64,000 bases of DNA from an uncultured Dactylococcopsis sp. (GCA_964463655.1 CAYXDG010000006.1:3405-67404); one strand, 5' to 3'. Shown: positions 1 through 9,414, counted from the first letter of the stretch. The notes: a model not told the origin generated them from the sequence alone. Made by a program: numbers and translations.

Positions 1-1095
1 ATTTCCGTTTTCATCTTCAAATGCAGGAATAATTCCAGGTGTGTCGATGAATTGGTAAGCAGGTCCGCCAGCAGCGGTAATTTCATCTATCAGTAATTGC
101 AGAGTTTCATCTGCTGCTCCAATATCACTGATTTCAGAGCCGTCATTGTCTTGAACTTCCTGTAAACCAATGATGTCAGGGGTGTTGAGATTACTAACGA
201 TTTGTTCAGCAATGGCGGTAAATCGTCCATCTGCAACGTCTGTGTCTCCATCGTCATCATTGGGATCAAGGTTCAGAACGTTATAACTGGCGACGGTTAA
301 TTGTCCTTCTCCTGCTTCAAGAGTAGTGGTTTCAGGTTGTAGGTCACTGGGAGTGACTGTAAATTCTTCAGTGGGTAAGATTTCAAAATTCCCAAAGCTA
401 TAGGAAATAACACCGGTGATATCTCCCAGTTGCGCTCCTACATTCACTTCTGGGAAGTCAAAGTCGGGCAGTAGGTCGCTTTCAAAGTCGATTTGGACTT
501 TTTCAGGGTTAAAGTCATCGGGACTGATGTTGAGAGTGCCACGGTTACTAATTCCTGTAGCATTTGCACCGTTATCAACTACGGTAAAAATTTCCCCAAA
601 ACGGTTAGTCGGCGCTACTGCAACCACATCTTGAGCGGTGACTAACATTGCTTCTAAAGATTCAAAGAAGTCAATCCCATCTTCAGTGGGATTAAACTCG
701 CTAAAGCTATCATCATCAATGGTTTCTGTAGGGGGAATGCGTCCACCTTCACCAATTAAAGCTGGATTAGGAAGATCATTTCCCTCACTAACCACTTCAA
801 TGTCGTCTGGAAAAGCAATTTGGGTTTGAGTTAAATTGCGATTATCCTCTCCACCAGATTGAAATTCGCTAACTTCTCCCGTGACGTTTACCTCATCGCC
901 AACACTCACGCCAGGTTGAGCATTGAGAAAGATAAAAAGCCCATCCGAGGTGCTGTTATTGCCATCTCCTGTGGGGTCTTGGATATAAAAACCGTTATCG
1001 ACAACTGCGGTGACAATTCCCCCTTCTGCGGTAACGGTATTACCTAATAAAGGCGAAGTGTGTCCCTCGCCCTGTATTTCATAAATTTTTACCAT
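1..1095 (-). CDS. Extracellular nuclease-like protein, endonuclease/exonuclease/phosphatase (EEP) family; partial, runs off the left edge
   Basis: Hand translation from ATG at 1095 (AAGGAG SD upstream): MVKIYEIQGEGHTSPLLGNTV...FYIQDPTGDGN..TSDGLF, then VASYNVLNLDP and PDIIGLQEVQD EEP motifs. No stop seen to base 1. Absent from the ORF track. Confidence 0.8.
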   Translation of the reverse strand, partial: MVKIYEIQGEGHTSPLLGNTVTAEGGIVTAVVDNGFYIQDPTGDGNNSTSDGLFIFLNAQPGVSVGDEVNVTGEVSEFQSGGEDNRNLTQTQIAFPDDIEVVSEGNDLPNPALIGEGGRIPPTETIDDDSFSEFNPTEDGIDFFESLEAMLVTAQDVVAVAPTNRFGEIFTVVDNGANATGISNRGTLNISPDDFNPEKVQIDFESDLLPDFDFPEVNVGAQLGDITGVISYSFGNFEILPTEEFTVTPSDLQPETTTLEAGEGQLTVASYNVLNLDPNDDDGDTDVADGRFTAIAEQIVSNLNTPDIIGLQEVQDNDGSEISDIGAADETLQLLIDEITAAGGPAYQFIDTPGIIPAFEDENGN

Positions 1096-1137
1096 CGATC
1101 ACTCCTTGCTTAAGCATTTTACACTCCATTGAACAAA

Positions 1138-1151
1138 CTATCTTAAGATAG
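1138..1151. promoter_or_regulatory. Perfect 14-bp palindrome CTATCTTAAGATAG, candidate operator upstream of the nuclease gene
   Basis: Self-complementary. Lies 16 nt upstream of a minus-strand TAAAAT (1116-1121), so it covers the expected -35 position. Confidence 0.3.
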
Positions 1152-1330
1152 ATAAGTTAGTTTTTTTTCCTTCCCAATGTCATGGTTAGGTCAGTAATTT
1201 ACTAATCGCTGAAATTTACTTACCCTCAGATACGCTACCACAAAAAACAAACCATATTTCAATCTATAATTTAAGGAATGGTTATCATTAAGTTAATTTC
1301 AGATCAAAATTGAAGATGAATCTAGTAAGC

Positions 1331-1338
1331 GCGATCGC
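1331..1338. repeat. HIP1 octamer GCGATCGC (first example; dispersed throughout the window)
   Basis: Seen at 1331, 1776, 3358 and many later positions, coding and non-coding. Hallmark of cyanobacterial genomes. Confidence 0.95.
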
Positions 1339-1685
1339 TGTTAAAGACGGTTTAAGGAATAGAAGTCTTCAAATTAGTCAGTTAAAATAAAATAGGTTTA
1401 TGATAATCTACATTAGGCGTAATAAAAGCAAACTTCTACTAAGATTACAATGACCAGCCTTAGTGACAATTCCTATAGTTTGAACAATTTCACCTTCTAA
1501 ATCAGAGGTATCGCTTTCTCCCTGAATTTCAGACCTACTGGCAATGGTGGAGTCTTCAATCACTAAATCCCCAGCGTCTCTAGTGGGGGTATGTTTGAGA
1601 TTGAGACTCAAGTTACTGATTACAAAGTCATTTTCAGTTTAAGGAACACCGTCGTTATACTAAAGCAACTGTCGTCAAGGAGTGA

Positions 1686-3485
1686 GTGGTGAAAAGAAAG
1701 CAAAGAAAATGGTCCTTTTCAAAAGAAATCATCTCGTCAATGATCGGAATCGGGTCTCTATTTGTGATGGGAGAGGCGATCGCTGCTGAAAAAATTAATC
1801 TTCGCATCGGTCCGATAAAATATCAGATTCAAGTGAAAGATTTAGAAGCGTATGGGAAAACAGGAGAAGTTCCTCCTTCCCTAAAACTATTAAAACCTTT
1901 TCTGACTCCAAAGGTGCAAAACTGGTTGACCCGTCGCTTAAGTTTTGACCAAGAGGTGATTGATCAGTTTGTATTGAGAACACTGCGATCGCCCCAACTC
2001 GAACCTCTCATTGAACAGTTACAAACGGCGTTTCCTGAAGCGGACTTTCAAGAGTTGATGTTAGGCTTATATGTAGCGTTTCAACGGGGAGAGGGGTTAA
2101 GTGTCTTGGAATTGATTAGTGCTTATCCCGAAGAAACCTTAACCATTGACGCGACTGCCGCGATCGGACTGGGACTACAATTAAATTTATCTTACTTGCA
2201 AAGCCGACTCTTAGCCCCAATTCTCGCTCAAGAATTAGCAGTGGAATCTTCAGCCACAACGTTTCCCACCACCCTCGATCCCACGGCGACAGGAGTGTTT
2301 AATTTTACAGAACGCAGTTTAATCTTTCACGATCCTCATCGAGAACGGACCATTTTTGCTGACTTTTATCTACCAGAAGCAAAAAATCCTCCACTGGTTA
2401 TTTTTTCTCATGGATACGCAGCCAACCGCCGTTTTCTCAACTATTTAGCTCGACATTTAGCCAGTCATGGTTATACGGTGGTGACCCTCGATCATCCTGG
2501 TAGTAATATTAATCTGTTTTCCGATCGTGACTTGAACGAAGAAGCGAGGGAATTATTATCTCCTGAAGAGTTATTACACCGTCCTCAAGATATTAGTTTC
2601 CTCTTAAATGAACTGAATCAATTAAACCATTATTCGCGCGTGTTACAGAATCAGTTCAACACAGAAGATGTTACAGTCATTGGTCATTCTTTAGGCGGTT
2701 ATACAGCCTTAGCGTTAGCAGGAGGGGAGTTGGACTTAAAAGCAGTTCGTCGCTTCTGTCGCCAAGTAAGTCCTCTTGCACGTTCTCCCGCCGACTGGTT
2801 ACAATGTGCTGGGGCGAAGTTACCCAATAGTACCCTCCGCTTGCGCGATCGGCGCGTAAAGCGAGTGATTGCCCTGAATCCGATGATTAGTCATTTGTTT
2901 GGGGAGGAAGGATTAACTAACGTCACCATTCCTACCCTGATGTTTAGCAGTAGTGAAGATGTCATTACACCGACTCTCACGAATCAACTCAAACCCTTTG
3001 CCCAACTTTCAGGTGAGAAGTATCTCCTCACTGCGATCGGAGCAACGCACATGAGTGTTACAGATATTCAGGGTCATCAGAGTGCTGTTGGACAAAATAC
3101 CCTCGTTCCTGAACTGATGGGAAAAAATGCAGAACCAGTCCGCAGTTTGATTCGTGGCACAACTTTGGCGTTTTTAAGGCAAAACAGCCATCAAGCAGAA
3201 CAATATCAACCCTTCCTCACCCCAGAATATACCCAGTTTCTCTCCACCCCTGATTTGTCCTTCCGTCTCACTCAGACAGTCTCTCCCAGTTTGAAGCCTT
3301 GGTTACAAGGGATTGACTGGACTCGTCAACGGTTTTTAGTGCGAAAAGAGGAATGGCGCGATCGCCGACGCAGCACCCAAGTCGATTTAGATTTACCAAG
3401 ATTGAGAAACCGAGAGGTCACCCATCAATCTTATCAGGGAGAATTAGAAAAGATTTTCACGGATCTTTCTCGCACTCAGGGTTAA
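1686..3485 (+). CDS. Alpha/beta hydrolase with N-terminal DUF1400 domain (predicted dienelactone-hydrolase-like)
   Basis: Signal-like N-terminus, PLVIFSHG, LDHPGS, GHSLGG nucleophile elbow. Typical cyanobacterial architecture. Confidence 0.85.
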   Translation: MVKRKQRKWSFSKEIISSMIGIGSLFVMGEAIAAEKINLRIGPIKYQIQVKDLEAYGKTGEVPPSLKLLKPFLTPKVQNWLTRRLSFDQEVIDQFVLRTLRSPQLEPLIEQLQTAFPEADFQELMLGLYVAFQRGEGLSVLELISAYPEETLTIDATAAIGLGLQLNLSYLQSRLLAPILAQELAVESSATTFPTTLDPTATGVFNFTERSLIFHDPHRERTIFADFYLPEAKNPPLVIFSHGYAANRRFLNYLARHLASHGYTVVTLDHPGSNINLFSDRDLNEEARELLSPEELLHRPQDISFLLNELNQLNHYSRVLQNQFNTEDVTVIGHSLGGYTALALAGGELDLKAVRRFCRQVSPLARSPADWLQCAGAKLPNSTLRLRDRRVKRVIALNPMISHLFGEEGLTNVTIPTLMFSSSEDVITPTLTNQLKPFAQLSGEKYLLTAIGATHMSVTDIQGHQSAVGQNTLVPELMGKNAEPVRSLIRGTTLAFLRQNSHQAEQYQPFLTPEYTQFLSTPDLSFRLTQTVSPSLKPWLQGIDWTRQRFLVRKEEWRDRRRSTQVDLDLPRLRNREVTHQSYQGELEKIFTDLSRTQG

Positions 3486-3575
3486 AAGCAAGTCTCTAAA
3501 ACTTGTATGGCAATTTTCACTCTCATGAGGGACATTTTAATTTGGATTCCTTGTTCCTTATTCTTGATGAATTGC

Positions 3576-3603
3576 CAAATAACAAATAACGAATAACAAA
3601 TAA
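3576..3603. repeat. Heptamer tandem repeat (CAAATAA)x4, one variant copy
   Basis: caaataa caaataa cgaataa caaataa. Confidence 0.8.
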
Positions 3604-3727
3604 CATAATTAATTGTTGAGATAACAGCTTTTATGATTTGTAATCAATTGATCATTGATATGCTTAACATTATTTTTCTAATTCAGCCATTGGTTGATCG
3701 CCTCTTGTTGGAGTTGATGGCTAAAAA

Positions 3728-3745
3728 GGTGGGCAAAGCCCACCC
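3728..3745. repeat. REP-like small dispersed palindrome GGTGGGCAAAGCCCACCC
   Basis: GGTGGGC-AAA-GCCCACC hairpin. Copies at 29501 and 61292. Confidence 0.8.
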
Positions 3746-3761
3746 GACCAATTCTGAAATC

Positions 3762-5153
3762 CTAGCGAGTTGCTGCAACGGCGAGGTTTTCAGGAAGAAG
3801 ATTCCGCAAGCGCTGACCGTACAAGTTTAAAGCATTACCGCCTAGTAATAAAGCGAGGTAATCGCGATCGTAATCAGCGCTCGTGGCGGCATCGCTAACA
3901 CAGCCTTCTAAAACACCATCCCAATGACCATAGTCGCCAGAGAAACAGGCGATATGTTTACCCATTTCACCCATTGCTTGCGGAATATAGGAAGGGCCTG
4001 GATCATCAGACTCAAAGGAAGCAAAGATTTGTCCCCGTCGGAAATAGTCTAAAGGATCGCGGTGACGCAAGTCGTAGTGTTCATAGAGGGTCTCATCATC
4101 AATATGAGTGGGATCGGTTTGCTTGTTCCAAAGCAGATCAAACAAGTTCCGTGCTTGAGAGATGATGTTAACGTTGTTTTCGCTTCCCTGTTCTTGGATC
4201 ATCAACTTGGTAAAGTCCATTAGAGAGGGACGATAGGGATTCTTGGGGTCAAAATCACGGATTCGTTTTTCCCAGTGTTCGTGGAACGCATGGGCGAGGT
4301 CTGGAATCCAACCGCAACCCCCTTCGAGGAAACCCACTCGTAAAGTGGGGAACTGTTCAAACGCGCCATCAAACACCATTCGCGCTAAGGCTAGCTGCTG
4401 CTGGTTACGTTGCACAAAAATATGAGTGAGAACAAAGGTTTCGGTGTGATCTGCAATTCCACCAATCATATCCGAACCGGGTCCGCCGTGAATTCCTAAG
4501 CCAATGTCGAGATCGACTGCAGCTTGGAGAATGGGACGGAAATCAGGGTGAGAAATTACTTTACAGGTGCGAATTTCAGGGAACGCATCGGGTGCTTTAG
4601 GATGGGGGATAGGAAGATTGGGCGCGACTGCCACTGAAATCATTCCCAGTTCGTTGACGCAGCGATACATTTCTTTCACTGCTTCTTCGACATCCTGTAA
4701 GCAAATGACCCCAATGGGTTGCAGGCGATTGTCATAGCCTTTGCAATCATCTGCCATGTAGTTGTTGTAGGCTTTACACAGTGCGATCGCGAGGTCTTTG
4801 TCTAAAATACTCGAAAAGATCAAATTTAATGTCCCGTAAATGGCATGAACATCAATTCCTTCCTGATCCATCTGTTCAATACGAATTTTATTGAACATCG
4901 CCCCCAATGTGGTATCAGGGTTAAGGGTGCGAAAACCGCCTTTTCCTAATCCTTGGGGTTTGGGAAACATCCGCACGAAATCATTGGCTTTGGTTTGCGG
5001 ATTCCAATCCACGACTCTAGCGCGTTGATCCCCTAAACTATCCACCACTAACCCGATGCGATCACGGTATTCTGGTTCTAGATAATCCCGCATAATCAGG
5101 GGATTTTCTAATTTATGGGCATCTGCGTCAATAACTAATAAGCCGTTATACAT
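3762..5153 (-). CDS. Amidohydrolase family protein (Amidohydro_2, ACMSD/decarboxylase-like TIM barrel)
   Basis: IDADAHKLE metal motif, LGIHGG, FLEGGCGW, FSGDYGHWD. Confidence 0.85.
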   Translation of the reverse strand: MYNGLLVIDADAHKLENPLIMRDYLEPEYRDRIGLVVDSLGDQRARVVDWNPQTKANDFVRMFPKPQGLGKGGFRTLNPDTTLGAMFNKIRIEQMDQEGIDVHAIYGTLNLIFSSILDKDLAIALCKAYNNYMADDCKGYDNRLQPIGVICLQDVEEAVKEMYRCVNELGMISVAVAPNLPIPHPKAPDAFPEIRTCKVISHPDFRPILQAAVDLDIGLGIHGGPGSDMIGGIADHTETFVLTHIFVQRNQQQLALARMVFDGAFEQFPTLRVGFLEGGCGWIPDLAHAFHEHWEKRIRDFDPKNPYRPSLMDFTKLMIQEQGSENNVNIISQARNLFDLLWNKQTDPTHIDDETLYEHYDLRHRDPLDYFRRGQIFASFESDDPGPSYIPQAMGEMGKHIACFSGDYGHWDGVLEGCVSDAATSADYDRDYLALLLGGNALNLYGQRLRNLLPENLAVAATR

Positions 5154-5183
5154 TAATGAAGACTCCTCACAAAGGTTTTCTAT

Positions 5184-5504
5184 TTAATTGGATTGTTGTT
5201 TGGTTGGTTGAAATAGCTGACGTAAACCAAACCAATTTTCAAATGACCAAGCCATCGAAATTAAAATCACGATTCCTGGATATTGTTTGAACGCTGGTTC
5301 ATTTTTTTCAAAAACAATGTGTCCCCCAATAGCTAACACTTGGGTCAAGACACCGCAAAGTAGGGCAATTCGCCAATCGATAAATAAATAAGCGATTCCG
5401 ACGAACACAAGGATATTAACAATGTGGTGCAAAGCCTGATTAATTGGGTTTTGATGACTTGCAAGGAAATGTGCTTTTGCTTGTTGGAAGTAACTCAACG
5501 TCAC
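5184..5504 (-). CDS. Mpo1-like (DUF962) small membrane protein
   Basis: HQNPINQALHH and GGHIVFEKNEPAF motifs with hydrophobic segments between. GTG start after GGAGA. Confidence 0.8.
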   Translation of the reverse strand: MTLSYFQQAKAHFLASHQNPINQALHHIVNILVFVGIAYLFIDWRIALLCGVLTQVLAIGGHIVFEKNEPAFKQYPGIVILISMAWSFENWFGLRQLFQPTKQQSN

Positions 5505-5613
5505 TCTCCTTATTCACTGATGTTGAGATTCTACCTGACCAAGATACTACTTGATGCTGAGAATAATCTGAGCAAAAGATTAAGTTTTTCAAATCTTTTG
5601 TAACCGTTTTATC

Positions 5614-6111
5614 CTACCACCACTTTAGGGCAAAATACCCAGTTTGTTGGGACAGTTCTTCTTCTGTCAACCAGTCCACCAGCTTATATGTTCCAAAGAC
5701 ATGATCCCACCAATCGACTCCTAAACCAAAGTTATGATGCCACATTCCGTATTTATGATGGACATAGTGAACGGGCATTTTCATCCAGAAGCATTTGGTG
5801 GGGTTTTCGTGCTGGAGTTGATGGGCATAAGCAGAGAAAATCGAGTAACACAGCGCACCCGCTAGCCAACCCATTCCCACTTCCCAAGAGATGAAAAATG
5901 GCAATAACATCGCGATCGCGCTACCCTTTACATAGTCTAGAAACTCCCACAGCACCCCTTGTCCTTCATTACGGCGATGGTGGTCGCGGTGGCGTTCCCC
6001 CAGTTTCTGCGAGGCGTGCATCAGCCGATGAATCCAGTATTCCACGAAACTGGCAACAACAAAAGCGCTAATTAAACTAATACTCAGAGCAATCATAATT
6101 TTAACCCTCAC
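5614..6111 (-). CDS. Sterol desaturase / fatty acid hydroxylase superfamily protein
   Basis: Four His boxes (HRLMH, HRDHH, HQLQH, HYVHH) and NFGLGVDWWDHVFGT. Confidence 0.85.
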   Translation of the reverse strand: MRVKIMIALSISLISAFVVASFVEYWIHRLMHASQKLGERHRDHHRRNEGQGVLWEFLDYVKGSAIAMLLPFFISWEVGMGWLAGALCYSIFSAYAHQLQHENPTKCFWMKMPVHYVHHKYGMWHHNFGLGVDWWDHVFGTYKLVDWLTEEELSQQTGYFALKWW

Positions 6112-6119
6112 ACTCTCTC

Positions 6120-7070
6120 TTAAATTTTATACAACATTTGTTTGATGATCTTCCAACTCGGTTGTTTTAAAAATTGTTTAATTGTTCCCAGCGCGATCGG
6201 GGCAAGTGCTAAGATATTACCGATCACCAGTCGCCACCGTTGCCAAGATAAATAATTTTCTAGTGTGGGGGAGACTTGCCAAAATCGACTAACCGAACAG
6301 GACATTTCATCTTCTTCTAAAGTCGTAATTTCATGCCACCATCCCACAGGAATAAATAGCACTTCTCCCGCTTCTAAGATAATGGTTTCTTGCTGTTTTT
6401 GGGCGGTTTCAAATTTAGGAAATGTTTGAAAATCAGCATTTTCAATATCCACCCGACTATAACAAGCTCGTAGTTTCAAACCGTGACGTAAATGTGTCCA
6501 GATCGAAAACGGATATAAATTTTCAGTGACCGTTGGCGGAAATAGAACTACTTTTTTCTTGCCATAAAGTTGGCAGATTGTCCCATCAACAATATCATAA
6601 TGGAGAGAAGAAGTATGTCCCCCATGTCCCATATACATCCGATAACCTGTGATTGGTTTTAATTTCAGTTTTGCTCCTAATTCCTGTAAAGAATTAATCT
6701 GGCTTAAGGGGGTATTTTCTAGAGAAGCCTTTGCTAAATAAATGTCTTCTGTTTTAGCTTGACCATTTCGCAACATTCGGGCATACTCTGAAAATAGCAT
6801 CGGTTTGAGGTCAACGCCACTGCCAATGCTTTGCCATTGCTGTTTATCCTGTTGATAGCGCTGCTGTCCATAGTAGCGGACTAAAAATTCTTGCTCTGCG
6901 ATCGCATTACACAAATAGTCTAAACTCCAATGAGCATCTTCGGCAAGCAATCCAGTTAAAACTAAAGGCTGATTCTTTTTTTGATATAATTCTAAGAAAC
7001 TCTCAGGGGAGATTTCAGAGATATCAACTTTCGGAATTGACATTATCTTCTGACGTTCAAAACTCTGCAC
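6120..7070 (-). CDS. JmjC / cupin-like Fe(II)-2OG oxygenase (Cupin_8)
   Basis: SSLHYD facial-triad motif, QLYGKKKVVLFPP, GEVLFIPVGWWHEI. Alternative ATG start at 7043. Confidence 0.85.
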   Translation of the reverse strand: MQSFERQKIMSIPKVDISEISPESFLELYQKKNQPLVLTGLLAEDAHWSLDYLCNAIAEQEFLVRYYGQQRYQQDKQQWQSIGSGVDLKPMLFSEYARMLRNGQAKTEDIYLAKASLENTPLSQINSLQELGAKLKLKPITGYRMYMGHGGHTSSLHYDIVDGTICQLYGKKKVVLFPPTVTENLYPFSIWTHLRHGLKLRACYSRVDIENADFQTFPKFETAQKQQETIILEAGEVLFIPVGWWHEITTLEEDEMSCSVSRFWQVSPTLENYLSWQRWRLVIGNILALAPIALGTIKQFLKQPSWKIIKQMLYKI

Positions 7071-7092
7071 AAATATTATACCTTTAACGCTG

Positions 7093-8775
7093 ATGTCTAA
7101 TTTTTTATTGAATACTTTAAAAATTGCCTCTCAAGTTGCTAAGTTTCAATTTGAACAAGAAACAAAGGCAGTTTCTGAGACACAAGCGAAGTTTCTCAAA
7201 ACTGTTTTAAAGTCCCATCAAGAGACAGTTTTGGGCAAGGAAGAAAAACTGGAGGCAATTCAAACTATTGATGAATTTCGATCGCGCATTCGAGTTCGTT
7301 CCTATGCTAATTATGAACCATATATTGATCGCATGGCACAAGGAGAAGAAAATATCTTGACGCGCGATCGCGTTACCTATTTTAACACCACCAGTGGCTC
7401 AACGGGCAAACAAAAACTCATTCCAGTGACCCGAAAATTCCAAAACTCATTAGGAAAAGCCAATTTAGTGAGTATTGGTTTTCTCAATAGTGCTTTAAAA
7501 AAACAAGGGAAACAGTTGGGAAAACTCCTGCTAACCAATAGTACAGATATTTCTGGTTATACCACTGGGGGAATTCCTTATGGGAGTGGATCTGCTGGCG
7601 TTTTAAAGATGGGAAAATGGGTCTATCAACAACTGTTTGCAAACCCTTATGAAACCCTCCAAATTCGTGATAGTATTGCCCGTCACTATATCTCTCTCCT
7701 GTTTGCGTTACAGAGTCCAAGTTTGGGAGGAATGGCTGCTAACTTTCCCATGTTAATTCTTCGCACTTGCCAATACTTAGAACAATATAGCAAAGATTTA
7801 ATTCATGACTTAAAGTTTGGTAAAATTCCCACATGGCTGAATCTAGAATCTCATCTTAGAAACCAATTGGAAAAACAACTCTTTCCACAACCGCAACGTG
7901 CAGAAGAGTTAGAAATGATCCTCAAGTCCCAAGGATATTTAACCCCGAAAAAAGTTTGGCAAAACTTGTCTTATGTTGCCACAGCTAGAGGAGGAACATC
8001 TGATTTTTATCTGCAACGTTTCCTCGATTATTTTGAGGATACCTCAGTTTTTGGCGCTGCTTATACCTCCGCAGAAGCCACTTATAGCATTTATCCAGAT
8101 GTTAATATTGATGGGAGTGTTTTAGCAGTGGGAACGGGTTTTTTTGAGTTTATTCCTGAAACAGAAATAAATACTGATTATCCTAATACCCTTCTCGCAA
8201 CAGAAGTGGAAGTGGGAAAACGTTATCGTATTCTTGTCACCAACTATAATGGTTTTTATCGTTATGATAATGGCGATGTTGTGGAAGTAGCTGGGTTTTA
8301 TAATCAAGCACCTTTAATTGTTTTTCGTTATCGTCAAGGAGGGATTATTTCCTCAACGGTAGAAAAAACAACAGAAGCTCATGCAGTGGAAGTCATGCGA
8401 TGTTTACAGATTGAATTTAGTCTAATTCTAGAAGACTTTTGTATCACGCTTTCGGAAAAAGAAACCCCTGCTCATTATATCCTGAATATTGAACTGACCA
8501 CGGAAGAAAATGTTCCTGATTGGCATAAATTTCTAGAACGATTTGATGAACTTCTCAAAGAAATTAACCCTCGTTATGGCGCAAAACGTCAAGAATTAGT
8601 TCCTCCCCCACGCTTACATTTATTAGGCAAGGGAAGTTTTGATGTTGTGCGTAAACGTCAACGAGAAAAGGGAATTCCAGACTCACAATTAAAGTTTCCT
8701 CATATTAGTGAAGACCGCAGTTTAGTTGCTGGGTTACAAGTTTTAGAAGAGTATCAATTGTCTGATGGCGAGTGA
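7093..8775 (+). CDS. GH3 family acyl acid amido synthetase (ANL superfamily)
   Basis: TTSGSTGKQKLIP P-loop, YTSAEA, GFYRYDNGDVV motifs. Confidence 0.9.
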   Translation: MSNFLLNTLKIASQVAKFQFEQETKAVSETQAKFLKTVLKSHQETVLGKEEKLEAIQTIDEFRSRIRVRSYANYEPYIDRMAQGEENILTRDRVTYFNTTSGSTGKQKLIPVTRKFQNSLGKANLVSIGFLNSALKKQGKQLGKLLLTNSTDISGYTTGGIPYGSGSAGVLKMGKWVYQQLFANPYETLQIRDSIARHYISLLFALQSPSLGGMAANFPMLILRTCQYLEQYSKDLIHDLKFGKIPTWLNLESHLRNQLEKQLFPQPQRAEELEMILKSQGYLTPKKVWQNLSYVATARGGTSDFYLQRFLDYFEDTSVFGAAYTSAEATYSIYPDVNIDGSVLAVGTGFFEFIPETEINTDYPNTLLATEVEVGKRYRILVTNYNGFYRYDNGDVVEVAGFYNQAPLIVFRYRQGGIISSTVEKTTEAHAVEVMRCLQIEFSLILEDFCITLSEKETPAHYILNIELTTEENVPDWHKFLERFDELLKEINPRYGAKRQELVPPPRLHLLGKGSFDVVRKRQREKGIPDSQLKFPHISEDRSLVAGLQVLEEYQLSDGE

Positions 8776-9020
8776 TCAGAGTTTACTATATCTAGATCAC
8801 ATACTATTATGTTATGAATAACAATATACTGTCTTCAAAAACAAGAACTGTAGTTGATTGAGGCGAAATTGAGTGAGAAATCGCAAGAAGAAAGGAGAGA
8901 GGGAGATGGTGCTGGGAGAGCATTTGCTCTAAAATATTTTCCGTGAGCTAGACTTTCCCTCTAATCTGCACGTTATAATTTGTTACGGAAGCTAATATTG
9001 TTTATTATTTGCATTATTTT

Positions 9021-9365
9021 ATGAGTAATCCTGCTCTACACGCCTTCTATGTAGGTCGCGCCTTTGCTGAGGTACTTGGGGAACGGTTGGAAGATACTGT
9101 CACCAATGGACTGAGTGAACTGGGTCAACTAGAAGCTAAACAGCGAGAAGCGATGCGAGAATTTGTGGAAGAAGTGATGGCTCGCGCTGAGAAAAACGAA
9201 GGTCAATCGGTTTCAACCAGCACTCAACCCACTACTTCCACGCGATCGCAAGCCAGCAAACGTTCTCCCGAAGACATTCAAGCGATGGTGGATGAATTAC
9301 GAGCTTCGATCGCCAGCTTAAGGACAGAACTAAACGCCTACAAAAGTCAAAAAGGATCATCTTAA
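9021..9365 (+). CDS. Conserved cyanobacterial protein (DUF6825-like) upstream of ABC1 kinase
   Basis: MSNPALHAFYVGRAFAE N-terminus and coiled-coil C-terminus. ATG at 9021 preferred over the TTG at 9009. Confidence 0.7.
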   Translation: MSNPALHAFYVGRAFAEVLGERLEDTVTNGLSELGQLEAKQREAMREFVEEVMARAEKNEGQSVSTSTQPTTSTRSQASKRSPEDIQAMVDELRASIASLRTELNAYKSQKGSS

Positions 9366-9414
9366 AAAGTTTACTTATCCCTCTATCGCCAAAACGCTAT
9401 CAAGGAATCGTGCT

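Noticed and set aside
1686-3485. DUF1400 hydrolase as part of the GH3 cluster
   Set aside because: Convergent, separated by a heptamer tract and a REP hairpin, and a widespread stand-alone family. Not excluded, but unsupported.
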